Shown: piece by piece, positions 17,990 through 27,657 of the stretch
Layout of the letters: each line of letters begins with the position of its first letter
How positions within the stretch are numbered: the first letter of the stretch is position 1
Assembly: GCA_051251855.1 (NCBI GenBank)
Contig: JBPOGI010000004.1
Location: forward strand, 32,001 to 96,000
Length of the DNA stretch: 64,000 nucleotides
Direction of reading: 5' to 3'
Origin: Roseibacillus sp.
Lineage (GTDB): Bacteria > Verrucomicrobiota > Verrucomicrobiia > Verrucomicrobiales > Akkermansiaceae
Notes under the pieces: model-generated
Seen by the model: only the letters and a program-made list of their open reading frames with translations
The model's database searches: none
What the model was told of the DNA's origin: nothing
Translations under genes and position numbers: made by a program

Positions 17990-19676
17990 CAGTATAAGTC
18001 ATATCGATGACCTTGCTGAGGGCAGCAAGATCGGTTTTTCCTTCAGCAAGGCTCTTCAAGCCGCTTTTTCTCAAGTTGGGTAACTTGCCTTCTTCTTGAA
18101 CTCTCACCTCAAGTTCATAAGGAGTGAGCACCCCTTTCGAAAGTTCATCTGAAATCTTAGGTGTAATTGGGATGATCTCCAAGATTGCTGAACGTCCTGA
18201 ATATCCGCTCTGACGGCACTCTGAACAGCCGCCCTTACGAGCTTTGAATACTGGTCGATCAGCCCACTCATCTCCAAGGTTGAAAATACGACGGTCTCGG
18301 TCCGCAATCCCATCGAGAGCCTCCTTACAGTGAGGGCATAAAACCTTGAGCAATCTCTGAGCACAGGCAGCCTTCAATGTTTGCGCGATCTTCCATCGCT
18401 CAACACCAAGCTGCTCAAAACGCTCGATAATCTGGGAAGCTCGCGGAGTGTGAATCGTTGTGAGAACCTTGTGACCAGTAACAGCCGCTTCGACCGCAAG
18501 TTCTGCAGACTCAAGGTCTCGAACCTCACCCATGAGAATAATATCTGGATCACTCCGCATAAAGGAGGTGATCATAGGCTTAAATTCATCGGCGCTTTTC
18601 AGGTCACAATGCGTTACACCAGCAATCTCATCCTCCACTGGGTTTTCCAGTGTTAGAATGTTCACCTCAGGGCGATTTAACTCGCGAAGCATCGCATTCA
18701 AGGTGGTTGACTTACCCGATCCGGTGGGACCACTCATCACAATAATACCCGCAGGCACCTTCATGACCCTATCGAGCTCAAAGAGAGTCTCGTCATCAAA
18801 AGCCAAAGAGCCCTTACCCAAGGTCACGTTAATGTGGCTCTTGTCGAGAAGTCGCATCGTGAGGTGGTAACCTCGATAGGTCTTGTGACGCTCATATCGA
18901 ATGTCAATTGGACGGTGAAAATATGAAATCGTGAAACGCCCCGAGATGCCCGGCTTGGTATTTCGTGTCTCAGTCGGGAGTTTCATCAAACTCAGGAAAA
19001 ATGCATCAATGCGATCCTTGAGTTTCATCGGAATTTCGACTTTATCCCCGAGATCGCCATCGACCCGAAAAGAATAGTAGAAGACTTCTTTCTCTACTTT
19101 GAAGTGAATATCAGACGCCCTTAGCTTGGTCGCTGTCGACAGAATTGTCGCAGCAAGTCGTGCAATTGGCTCTTCGTATTCAGTAGTAACATTGAAGTCT
19201 TTGATCTTGTCGTCGTTGTCTTCGACTTCGATCCCTTCCAACTCGGTCTGATTGGGACCTGCAGCTCCAGAGAGTCTCTCAATGGCTCCACTGATCTCTG
19301 AAGACGTTGTGACAACTTTCTCAATGCGAAAATCTGGGAATCTCAGTGACAGATACTCATCTGGAAGTTGAGACCATGGATTAGCGATTGCGACGAGAAG
19401 AGCCCCATCTGTAACGCAAACAGGCGTAAAGCCCTCCCGCGTCAGAATCGCTGGGTCACATTTTTCCAGCAAAGAAGGCTCACAAAACTCCGCAAGTTTC
19501 GGCAAAAACGAAAGGCCGTTAATCTCCGCCACAGCGGCCATAAAGATTGGTCTCGTAACTCGGTTTGCTACTTGATCGTGAGTCAAGCTTCCATGTGACG
19601 CATCATGAGTCCCCAAACATGCAAGAATCTGAGAGCTCACTACGTCGTTAAAACGAATGCCATCGAATTCAATCAT
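17982..19676 (-). CDS. pilB: PilB/GspE extension ATPase
   Basis: ASDIH, GPTGSGKSTT, LENPVE, RSDPDIILMGEVRD, TGHKVLTTIH, tetracysteine CPHC...CSEC. Confidence 0.93.
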   Translation of the reverse strand: MIEFDGIRFNDVVSSQILACLGTHDASHGSLTHDQVANRVTRPIFMAAVAEINGLSFLPKLAEFCEPSLLEKCDPAILTREGFTPVCVTDGALLVAIANPWSQLPDEYLSLRFPDFRIEKVVTTSSEISGAIERLSGAAGPNQTELEGIEVEDNDDKIKDFNVTTEYEEPIARLAATILSTATKLRASDIHFKVEKEVFYYSFRVDGDLGDKVEIPMKLKDRIDAFFLSLMKLPTETRNTKPGISGRFTISYFHRPIDIRYERHKTYRGYHLTMRLLDKSHINVTLGKGSLAFDDETLFELDRVMKVPAGIIVMSGPTGSGKSTTLNAMLRELNRPEVNILTLENPVEDEIAGVTHCDLKSADEFKPMITSFMRSDPDIILMGEVRDLESAELAVEAAVTGHKVLTTIHTPRASQIIERFEQLGVERWKIAQTLKAACAQRLLKVLCPHCKEALDGIADRDRRIFNLGDEWADRPVFKARKGGCSECRQSGYSGRSAILEIIPITPKISDELSKGVLTPYELEVRVQEEGKLPNLRKSGLKSLAEGKTDLAALSKVIDMTYTDE

Positions 19677-20248
19677 TGCTCGAATTGCCTTCTACAAATG
19701 GTTTCCCAAGATGACAAATCGAGAAGAAACATGGAAAGATAGGGAGTCATTCCCGTCTTCGCTTCGAAATAATCCGCCACGAAGGACGAAAGGTGTAAAC
19801 CCGCTACAGGGTTAATCGTTCCAAAGCCGAGAACATCGGTATCTTCCGAAAAGATCAGTGGACACCTCACCGCCGATGCGGCCTCAAGAATCGTACTGTA
19901 TTTTTCAAAGAGGTTAGATGAGCCGAGTAACTTCTCCGCAAATGGAATCAAAGAATATCTCTTCTTCACGATGGGAGCAATAGCCCGCCCCCACCCCGCG
20001 ACAGTCGAGGATTGCGCCCCCTCTTCGATTCCTCGTAACTTCGCCATCACAGGCAAGATATCACCTACGTTGACGTTGTTAGAGTCGAGGTAACTACTGA
20101 ACCCTTCTCTCTCAACCTCACGAATGATGCCTGCTGTCGTGAGAGCGGCTAACGTCTCATCACGAACAGTCACGGTCATTTCTGGTATATCAGTCGTAGC
20201 AACCGAATTAGCAGGAGATGCTACAGGGGATGATTCCACTACTTGCAT
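19673..20248 (-). CDS. Hypothetical cytoplasmic protein, possibly a stand-alone GspE/PilB N-domain-like module
   Basis: RCPLIFSEDTDVLGFGTINP resembles the PilB N-domain pattern (GFTPVCVTDGALLVAIANP); ATGA overlap with pilB. Confidence 0.6.
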   Translation of the reverse strand: MQVVESSPVASPANSVATTDIPEMTVTVRDETLAALTTAGIIREVEREGFSSYLDSNNVNVGDILPVMAKLRGIEEGAQSSTVAGWGRAIAPIVKKRYSLIPFAEKLLGSSNLFEKYSTILEAASAVRCPLIFSEDTDVLGFGTINPVAGLHLSSFVADYFEAKTGMTPYLSMFLLDLSSWETICRRQFEQ

Positions 20249-20283
20249 TACATTGAATGGGGGATCTGCTTCGAGCCAACCGG

Positions 20284-21969
20284 CTATCGACGCGTATTCT
20301 GAACACCACGAGAGAGGTCGCTACGAATCGCACGCATAGTGCGACAGTAGTCAGCTTCATGTGCCGCTCCTGGAGCAACTGGATTCACTGAATCGTGGCC
20401 CTTTTGAAGGGACAGAGTCTGAGTCAATCGCTGAGTGGTCGCGTAATTTCGCGCCTCGTCTTCTGGAGAGTACGAAGTAGGAGTGACCACAAAAATCAAG
20501 CTTGAGCTCTCTTTGGAAGTCTCCTTGCTCTTGAACAGGAAGTTCAAGAATGGAATATCACCGAAGAACGGGACCTTTGTGCCGTCCTTTGACTCAACCT
20601 CGGAATAGAAGCCTCCGATCAAGAGAGAATGACCATTTGGAATCCTTGCGATGGTATCGATCATCGACTCGGCAACTCGAGGATAGCTGTTGCCAGTGAT
20701 GCCTTCGATTTGTTCAACAACCTGAGCTGAGCGGGGCCTCATTTTGAGACGAATCGTTCCATCAGGCAAGAGGGACGGAGTTACAGCAACAGTGATTCCA
20801 ATCTCACGTGTAGTTGCCGGATCACCCACGGGGTCGCTTTCATCTACAGTATAGCGAACCTCTTCGGTCACAGTCACATTGCCATCACCTGAATTGGAGC
20901 CAGTGACACTCGTAGTAATAATTGGCACTCGATCGATAATTGAGATCACAGCCTGCTCATTATCCTCTGTAATCACAACAGGGTTAGACTTCTGAGTCAC
21001 GAGGCTGCCTTCATTAAGAGCTCTAATCACCCCATTCAATTGAAAAGGAGAGAGGACGAAGTTACTATCACTGGAGGAGGCGCCTGACACAGCCGAAGAG
21101 GTGACACCAAAGAGTGAACTCAGGTCTGCAATTGCCCCGAGACCGAGACCAGTTGCGCCAAGGGTCGAAGCCCAGTTGGTTCCAAGGCGAGAAACTGCAG
21201 TGCTGTTTACAGATAGAATCTTCACTTCAACCACGATCTGGCCTTGAGGGCGGTCAACCGCCTTGAAGAAATTCTCAACACGTTCAATGCGCTGAGGAGT
21301 ATCGATAACAACTACCGTATTCGTCTTCGGCTCATAGTTTACGAGTCCGGTTCCAGGAGACAGGTAAGGCTGAACCATGTTCTTGATTCCCTCAATGTCA
21401 CTAGGACGGAGATACCGGAGCTGGTAGTGCCATTCCTTACTAGGGAGGTCGGTCATCTGGTCTTTGGTCAGCGCATAGACAGTGTTCCCCTTCTCGTACA
21501 TCTCAATCCCATATTGGAACGCGAGTTCTTCCATCTTTCCAAGAGGATCTCCTGGAATAAGACGACCAGTGACTCTGAACTCTTCCGACGCAATACGAGG
21601 ATTGTGGAAATACTGCCGATTGGCATTTTCAGCCAACAACTGGAAGACATCGTTCAGACTTGCATCAGTAAGTTGATACGCACCGGAGCTCTTATCAATA
21701 GCGGGAACCACCTCGGGCAACTGCTCTTCCATGGGCACTCCTTCAGGTACTGTATTCGAGGTAGCTGGTGGAAGTTCAACCTCAGCAGGCTCTGGAAGAT
21801 AGTCATCAAACGGAGGCAACTCCTGAGGAGGAACTTCAGTGGGCGATTCCCCCTCGCCAGCTGGGCGGGCAGGTGGAAGTTCTTCAGGCGATTGAGCGAA
21901 TAGCGGCAAGGCCATTGCTAGTGGGAGGACGACGGCAAGCGTCTTCAGTTTTTTAGGCAGCAGTTTCAT
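20284..21969 (-). CDS. pilQ: Secretin (PilQ/GspD family)
   Basis: Start at ATG 21969, signal peptide, Pro/Glu linker, N3 (KTNTVVVID...DRPQGQIVVEVKI), C-domain (IGITVAVTP, LLIGGF, KVPFFGDIPFLNFLFK, LIFVVTP). Confidence 0.92.
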   Translation of the reverse strand: MKLLPKKLKTLAVVLPLAMALPLFAQSPEELPPARPAGEGESPTEVPPQELPPFDDYLPEPAEVELPPATSNTVPEGVPMEEQLPEVVPAIDKSSGAYQLTDASLNDVFQLLAENANRQYFHNPRIASEEFRVTGRLIPGDPLGKMEELAFQYGIEMYEKGNTVYALTKDQMTDLPSKEWHYQLRYLRPSDIEGIKNMVQPYLSPGTGLVNYEPKTNTVVVIDTPQRIERVENFFKAVDRPQGQIVVEVKILSVNSTAVSRLGTNWASTLGATGLGLGAIADLSSLFGVTSSAVSGASSSDSNFVLSPFQLNGVIRALNEGSLVTQKSNPVVITEDNEQAVISIIDRVPIITTSVTGSNSGDGNVTVTEEVRYTVDESDPVGDPATTREIGITVAVTPSLLPDGTIRLKMRPRSAQVVEQIEGITGNSYPRVAESMIDTIARIPNGHSLLIGGFYSEVESKDGTKVPFFGDIPFLNFLFKSKETSKESSSLIFVVTPTSYSPEDEARNYATTQRLTQTLSLQKGHDSVNPVAPGAAHEADYCRTMRAIRSDLSRGVQNTRR

Positions 21970-22015
21970 AGTTTGGCAAGGGTGAGATAAGTAAAGAAAG
22001 AGGAAGAACAGTCCT

Positions 22016-22624
22016 CTAGTCTGGCCCGGGGCCACCGGGAAGATTTAGGTCGAGTTTGATATTCTTAGGCTGACTGGTATCAACTTCATGGATTCCACCA
22101 GCGATGCTTTGGCCATGACTCCCCTGTTTGATTCCTTTGGGGAGGCGGGTCATCTTACGAAGCCCAAGCTTCTTAGACTTCATTTCTCTAAAGTAGGCTC
22201 CAGTAGAGCGAGACCCTTCGAAGCGGAGAACTACGGTTTGCCCTTGGAAGGCAAGTTCTAACGTTTCTCCCTTTGAGAGTGGAGGCACACCGCTAAGAAC
22301 AACCCGATCGCCCATTGGGTCGATCATTGTGACAGGGAGCGCATCAAGAATTCTCTGGAGTGGAATCGTTGGCTTAGGCTGGACTACAGCTACAACCTTC
22401 TTCTGCTTACTAAGCTTAGCCTTCTTAGGATCTTGAGGACGACCGAACATGTCGAACTCTTTCCCTTGAATCGCAAGCAGCTCTTTACGACCTTCGATAA
22501 AATCATCGATCGCTCCAAGCTCATCCCGAGCATCGATTGAAAGAGTCATCTCGCCGCTCTTTTGCTCTGCTGCTTGAGCAAATGAGGCCGAGGCAAAGAT
22601 AAGAGTATATAAGAGATTTTTCAT
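22016..22624 (-). CDS. PilP/GspC-position periplasmic protein
   Basis: Signal peptide, DMFG motif followed by a Pro-rich linker and beta domain; lies between the PilO-like gene and the secretin; TAATG coupling. Confidence 0.55.
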   Translation of the reverse strand: MKNLLYTLIFASASFAQAAEQKSGEMTLSIDARDELGAIDDFIEGRKELLAIQGKEFDMFGRPQDPKKAKLSKQKKVVAVVQPKPTIPLQRILDALPVTMIDPMGDRVVLSGVPPLSKGETLELAFQGQTVVLRFEGSRSTGAYFREMKSKKLGLRKMTRLPKGIKQGSHGQSIAGGIHEVDTSQPKNIKLDLNLPGGPGPD

Positions 22625-23163
22625 TAGTTGATCCACGCAGAGTAGGAGATTTCGGCCTCGAGTAGTTGACCACTGTCTTGCGGCTTGATACCGATAGAAT
22701 TAAGACTGAGATTTGGCAGACGAGACTCCAACGAAAGGAGGCTTTCTTGAAGGGCCTGATAAGTCCCTGTCACGGAAATATTGTAGGTGACGCTATTCTG
22801 TTTACTTGCAGCGCCGATCCCGGTCGCTCTATCGACAAAGGCAAAGTCCTTTTGCTTAAACTTGTCCCCTGCCTTGTATTTTGAGGAAATGTCCTTAAGG
22901 AGGCCTGTCACTGAACCCACATCTGAGGACTTGAGCAGAGTATCCCAGTCCCTCTTCTTCACTTTGTATTTCTGCAGTTGCGCTTCCACTCCGGCAGCGG
23001 CCTTTTCGGCCTGGAGGTTAGCGGTCTGCACCTTCAACCTGCTATCATACTCCTTCACAACGCTTGCCTTTTTCGATGACAAGAAGCCAAAGATGACAAT
23101 GAGCAATAAGAGTGGTACAATGGCACCAAAGACAAGAATTCCGTTTTTGTATCGTGGGTTCAT
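22624..23163 (-). CDS. PilO/GspM-like protein
   Basis: N-terminal TM, coiled coil, YNISVTGTYQALQESLLSLESR..LSLNSIGI ferredoxin-like pattern. Confidence 0.75.
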   Translation of the reverse strand: MNPRYKNGILVFGAIVPLLLLIVIFGFLSSKKASVVKEYDSRLKVQTANLQAEKAAAGVEAQLQKYKVKKRDWDTLLKSSDVGSVTGLLKDISSKYKAGDKFKQKDFAFVDRATGIGAASKQNSVTYNISVTGTYQALQESLLSLESRLPNLSLNSIGIKPQDSGQLLEAEISYSAWIN

Positions 23164-23169
23164 AATGCT

Positions 23170-24915
23170 CTAGAGTTTAGTGAGTGGGACTGCCAATGGA
23201 TCACCAGCTTCAATCCGCTGAGTGATCTCCAAAGAAAACTTATAAGGATAAGAACTACCGGAGCTTTTAGGAGCGTCCGACTTGAAGCTCGAGTTCTCTG
23301 ATAGATCGAGGTTTACGAGGAGACTGCGTGTGTTCTTTTTTAAATCAAAAGAACTATTTCCCGTGGTCTGCCGAACGGTCGAGAACACCTCCCCCATCCC
23401 AGCTTGAGTGTTGAGCTTAACGAGATTGGCAGTAGCCTCTTCCCTTGCAAAACCAGTAATAGTCCATTTCTTGACGAGACCCACTGTTCCCAACTTAGCG
23501 GTTGATGCCTGCTCAGCCGAAGCCCTGTGGTCAGCACTTTCGAATTTGACCGAACCATCAAGCGGGAACAAACTCGAAAAGAGTTCAAGCGTCACCCACC
23601 CTTTTGAACGATCCGCAAGATACTTCTCGGTCGTCCTGACTTTCGACAAATCATTCGAGAGGGCGAGAGTCGCGCTACTCGCCTTTTCTCCATCTTTCCA
23701 AACCGGGGAGGAAGTCTTTTTAAAGGAGGTAAAGGCTACAAAAGCACCGAAGAGAACACAGGCAGCAACCCCAACACGGGCAAGGATGCGACCAATGCGA
23801 AGAATCTTCATATCCACCGCTCCAGGGATGAGTTCAAGTTCATCCTGAGTAGGGCTTAAGAAGTCTTGCAAATGATACCCATCTGCAATGTTTGCTCCAA
23901 AGGTCTCAGTTTCTGAAAACGCTAAGCCAGCATTATCGTCCTCAATCTGAAAAGTGCTTAGCTCAATCGGTATTGATTCACCGTCTGTAGCAACAGGAGG
24001 AACGAAAACCTGATACTCTAAAGAAAAGAGAATTCCAGCCAACTCAGTCTCTAAGGAAGGCTCTCGGTTCACACGGCAGTCGAATACTTGAAGCTTCCAT
24101 TCAGCTAGCTCGACTGATGCAGCAGTGGTCGCGAAAGTACTCTCGAGACTATGAGGCAATTGCTTTCCAGTATGCTTGATGGACTTCAGAAGAATGAGTT
24201 CTCCTTCCGCTGAATAGAACCCGAAAAAGGAAAACTCCTCGAAACGCAGCATTGTGCAGAACGCTTTCTCCTGGGGACCAAGCGTCCGAGGTAGTCGGGA
24301 AAGAAGAAGCAAGGGAGAACTTAAGCCGATGGTACGAATGGGAAAATTTGAACGATTGCCCAGATTTCTAAATTCTTGGAGAATGGTTTCCCCTCGTCGG
24401 CTAGTAGCAACAGCACAGCCAGCATTAGCGACCTGCGGAGACGCAGGAGTAGGAAAGACTTGGAAAGAGAGTGACTCGTTAGAAAGAGTGCGATCCTGAA
24501 GAACAGAAGCCGGGTCCTCACGAATTAGGTCACGAAGAGTCGCTCCTGGTTGAATTTCGTTCCAATCTTGAATCGGAAACTCGAAAACAGATGCTTCTTG
24601 ATTGAGATGAAGAACCACTCCAAGAGAACGGCAGCTAGTCGGCAAGACTTCGAGCTGCAGGTAGCTAATATACTCTTCTAGGACAGAGCTATCAGCCTTA
24701 GTTGGAAGTGGAGTTAAGTTGGCCCACTTATTTTCAGCTTCACTCCAGAAGTAGGCTAAGTAGCGGGAACCCGATTCAAATAAGTGAACCTGGTGAGGAA
24801 GAAGATGAGCATCACGATACCAATCGGGATTCTTACCGCGCGAAGTATCCTTGAGGAGGCTACGAGCATAGGCGTAGTCTTTCAAGAAATGAGGTGCTGA
24901 TTTTTCGTCTTCCAT
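23170..24915 (-). CDS. GspL-like / fused PilM-PilN protein
   Basis: About 370-aa cytoplasmic domain, one TM (VGVAACVLFGAFVAF), periplasmic domain with WTITGFA; occupies the pilM/pilN position. Confidence 0.6.
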   Translation of the reverse strand: MEDEKSAPHFLKDYAYARSLLKDTSRGKNPDWYRDAHLLPHQVHLFESGSRYLAYFWSEAENKWANLTPLPTKADSSVLEEYISYLQLEVLPTSCRSLGVVLHLNQEASVFEFPIQDWNEIQPGATLRDLIREDPASVLQDRTLSNESLSFQVFPTPASPQVANAGCAVATSRRGETILQEFRNLGNRSNFPIRTIGLSSPLLLLSRLPRTLGPQEKAFCTMLRFEEFSFFGFYSAEGELILLKSIKHTGKQLPHSLESTFATTAASVELAEWKLQVFDCRVNREPSLETELAGILFSLEYQVFVPPVATDGESIPIELSTFQIEDDNAGLAFSETETFGANIADGYHLQDFLSPTQDELELIPGAVDMKILRIGRILARVGVAACVLFGAFVAFTSFKKTSSPVWKDGEKASSATLALSNDLSKVRTTEKYLADRSKGWVTLELFSSLFPLDGSVKFESADHRASAEQASTAKLGTVGLVKKWTITGFAREEATANLVKLNTQAGMGEVFSTVRQTTGNSSFDLKKNTRSLLVNLDLSENSSFKSDAPKSSGSSYPYKFSLEITQRIEAGDPLAVPLTKL

Positions 24916-24934
24916 GGGAAAAAATTAGAGAGTG

Positions 24935-24970
24935 AAATCCCCCTCCAGAAACGAAGTTCTGGAGGGGAAA
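24935..24970 (-). terminator. Strong hairpin after the major pilin (leaky terminator/mRNA stabiliser)
   Basis: CCCCTCCAGAA-6 nt-TTCTGGAGGGG with a weak U-tract on the minus strand. Confidence 0.75.
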
Positions 24971-24993
24971 GTAGAAAGGTAGCTTAAGCTATC

Positions 24994-25479
24994 TTATTGA
25001 ATGTTCTTAGGAAGGTAGAATTCTGCAGTCTCATCACCAGTTTCAGCACTAGTCATGTAGGGAGTACCCAAAGCAGGAATTGTCTCGAAGTCAGATGCTC
25101 CAGCAACGAAAGACTCGGCGCTGTCAGGGTGTACGGGGAGGTCACCCAAGTTCTCAGTTTCAACATACTTCTGTGGTCCGAAAACCTCCTCTTGGAGAAC
25201 TCCAGCAGTGCCTTCGTTTCCAGCAGCAGTCCAAGCAGCAGAATAGGTGATATCGACAGCGCCGGTATCAAGTCCCATGATGTTAGAGTGTGAGCGCACA
25301 CCTTGCTGAGCGTTACGGATCAAGAGAGCCGCGTTCGCACGGTCTGAACCACGCATCCACGCACGGGCGCCGATGAAGAGTACAGAGATGAGAGAAAGAA
25401 GAACGAGGATTACAACAGTAAGCTCGATCAAGGTCATTCCCTTATTAGACTTGTTAGTCTTGGTATTAGTCAGTTTCAT
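24994..25479 (-). CDS. Major type IV pilin
   Basis: NKG|MTLIELTVVILVLLSLISVLFIGARAW; A-rich leader, own downstream hairpin, biased codon usage. Confidence 0.9.
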   Translation of the reverse strand: MKLTNTKTNKSNKGMTLIELTVVILVLLSLISVLFIGARAWMRGSDRANAALLIRNAQQGVRSHSNIMGLDTGAVDITYSAAWTAAGNEGTAGVLQEEVFGPQKYVETENLGDLPVHPDSAESFVAGASDFETIPALGTPYMTSAETGDETAEFYLPKNIQ

Positions 25480-25543
25480 TTTATTTCGGTTTGTTTTGTT
25501 TTGTTTGTTTTGCGTTCGGTAAAACGCGATTTTCGAGAGGCAC

Positions 25544-26815
25544 TTAGAGTCCGTCGGAACGGTTCATACGTGCATTCTCAAAAGCTTCTTCGGTGATGAG
25601 GCCTTTGCGCAAAAGCTGCGTCAAATTGGCATCCCACTCAACGTTACCAGCGGCTCGGATAACGTCCTCCAAAGACTGTTTGCCTTTGGAGTAATTCATA
25701 ATCGAACTTGCGGTTCGGTCATCATTGTTCTGTAAAAATTCATAGGTTAGCACTCGACGCTCGACGCCTTTCAAGAGTCCCTGAGACATGATGCAAACCA
25801 GCATCTCGCCAAGTCGGTTGAGAACTGCCTGTTGGCGCTCTGAGGGATACATCTCCAAAATTCGACCCATTGTCTTAACGGCTCCCGTTGTGTGCAGAGT
25901 AGAAAGAACAAGGTGACCTGTTTGAGCGGCCTCGAGACAGGTGTCCATTGCTTCACGGTCTCGAATCTCCCCTACTAAAATGACATGAGGAGCTTTACGA
26001 AGAACATCTTTCAGTCCCTGACGATAGGACTCGAGATCTCGCCCTACTTCTTGCTGTGTAACAACACTCTTGGAAGGAACCTTTGCTCCACTTCCGTCGG
26101 ACGCATCCTGGTCGTGCGGATATACATACTCGACGGGATCTTCGACTGTAACGATATGCTTAGCGGTATTCTGTCGAAGCCAATCAATAATGGAAGCCAG
26201 AGTTGTCGACTTACCAGAGCCAGTGGGTCCCGTCACCAAACAAAGACCTGCCCTGCGTTTCACAGCTTGGCGCAGACAATGCATCGTGTCTTCATCGATA
26301 CCCAAGACATCCAAAGGAGGAATATTATCATTAAGAATCCGGCAAGTCAGTCCGAGCCCCGATGAAGAAAGGTGAGCTTGAATCCGAAGACGCCCGGAGT
26401 CTTCACCGGAGGGCAACGGGATACCATTGCATGAAAAATCATCCACTTGGTCGGTGCGCATCTTCTCAAACGCTTGGCGAACCTTAGCGTCTCCCCTCTC
26501 GTCTGTCGTGGCAGCACTTCCAAACCCATGATTCGCGGTCTCCCGGTTCAAAATAAGGGCCTCATAGATGCTCTTCACTCTCTCTCGGGAGAGGACGCCC
26601 AAAGAGTCCACACACTCCATGCCGTTGTTAGTCTCAACAAATACATGACGATCTGAACGCACCTGAATATCTGAAACACCTCTCTTCTCGCATTCTTCGA
26701 AGATAACGGCTAATAATTGGGTCCCCGACATTGAGTCGGTGGAAATCACCTCAGGAATAGCAGGGGCGCTATTTCCGTTGACGGCAGGAATAGGAGGGGG
26801 GGCAAGTGAACTCAT
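25544..26815 (-). CDS. pilT: PilT/PilU-family retraction ATPase (divergent)
   Basis: VSDIQ, GPTGSGKSTT, HIVTVEDPVE, QQEVG, LRKAPHVILVGEIRD, AQTGHLVLSTLH; no tetracysteine; AIRNLIRE not conserved. Confidence 0.88.
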   Translation of the reverse strand: MSSLAPPPIPAVNGNSAPAIPEVISTDSMSGTQLLAVIFEECEKRGVSDIQVRSDRHVFVETNNGMECVDSLGVLSRERVKSIYEALILNRETANHGFGSAATTDERGDAKVRQAFEKMRTDQVDDFSCNGIPLPSGEDSGRLRIQAHLSSSGLGLTCRILNDNIPPLDVLGIDEDTMHCLRQAVKRRAGLCLVTGPTGSGKSTTLASIIDWLRQNTAKHIVTVEDPVEYVYPHDQDASDGSGAKVPSKSVVTQQEVGRDLESYRQGLKDVLRKAPHVILVGEIRDREAMDTCLEAAQTGHLVLSTLHTTGAVKTMGRILEMYPSERQQAVLNRLGEMLVCIMSQGLLKGVERRVLTYEFLQNNDDRTASSIMNYSKGKQSLEDVIRAAGNVEWDANLTQLLRKGLITEEAFENARMNRSDGL

Positions 26816-27657
26816 GATCTTCTATCCCCTTCTACCTCTTTGTTTCTGGTCAAAGTCTCCAATACGGACTTTGTTTCTTGATTCAGATGCTCAAGATAAC
26901 GTTTTCTTGACTCGAACTCATATTTCTTAGCTTCGGAAAATTGTTCCCATCGACCATCGGTCTTCATTCCAGCGACCAAGCCTTCGTAATTCCCCAAAAT
27001 TTCGGGAATCATTTTGCTGTAGGTATAGATATCCTGGGTAGCCTCTAGATGTTCTTGCTCCTTAGATGTGCGAGCAGCAAAGACAAGGTCGTAAGCGGCT
27101 TGAGCAGCGGTCAAAAGACTGAGAGGGCTTTCGTTATCGGAGAGGCTGGTCTCCAAAGTCTTCAAAGAGAGGTCACGAACTGCCATCTCTGACTCCATCA
27201 TTTCCGAGGCGAAACCTTCCCAGAGAAACATCTGATAGATAGCGTAGTTGGCAAAGTTGCGAGGATCCATTTTCCATGCTACCGCCAACTTTTTCTCGAT
27301 TCGCGCCATCGCATAATCTTGGTAGAGTTCCTTCAGCTCTTCAGGAGCTTTTCCGTCGGTCTTAGACTCCCTCATCTTTGTAACCCAATTGAAAAGCTCT
27401 TGATCTGGGCGGCTGCCTTCAGCCAATTCAGGTGAAGCCTCAATGGAACCGACCCCACGGTCCCAAAAGCGAGTAATTGGCCCCTGCAAAGCCATTCCAA
27501 CGGTTCGTCCAAATGGACTCTTTGCCATGGCCCCTGGGTTAGGCTGATAGTTGAAATGCCCTTCTTCTTCGAGAGAAGGAGAAGTCAAAGCGACAAGGAC
27601 TGCGCCCGCGAGAAAAACCGGAGCAACAAATCTGATAGTATCAATTTTGGTGTTCAT
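26812..27657 (-). CDS. Hypothetical membrane-anchored helical protein (PilG/Xap-like position)
   Basis: N-terminal TM, AWKMDPRNFANY helical-repeat-like motif; ATGA overlaps on both sides. Confidence 0.65.
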   Translation of the reverse strand: MNTKIDTIRFVAPVFLAGAVLVALTSPSLEEEGHFNYQPNPGAMAKSPFGRTVGMALQGPITRFWDRGVGSIEASPELAEGSRPDQELFNWVTKMRESKTDGKAPEELKELYQDYAMARIEKKLAVAWKMDPRNFANYAIYQMFLWEGFASEMMESEMAVRDLSLKTLETSLSDNESPLSLLTAAQAAYDLVFAARTSKEQEHLEATQDIYTYSKMIPEILGNYEGLVAGMKTDGRWEQFSEAKKYEFESRKRYLEHLNQETKSVLETLTRNKEVEGDRRS

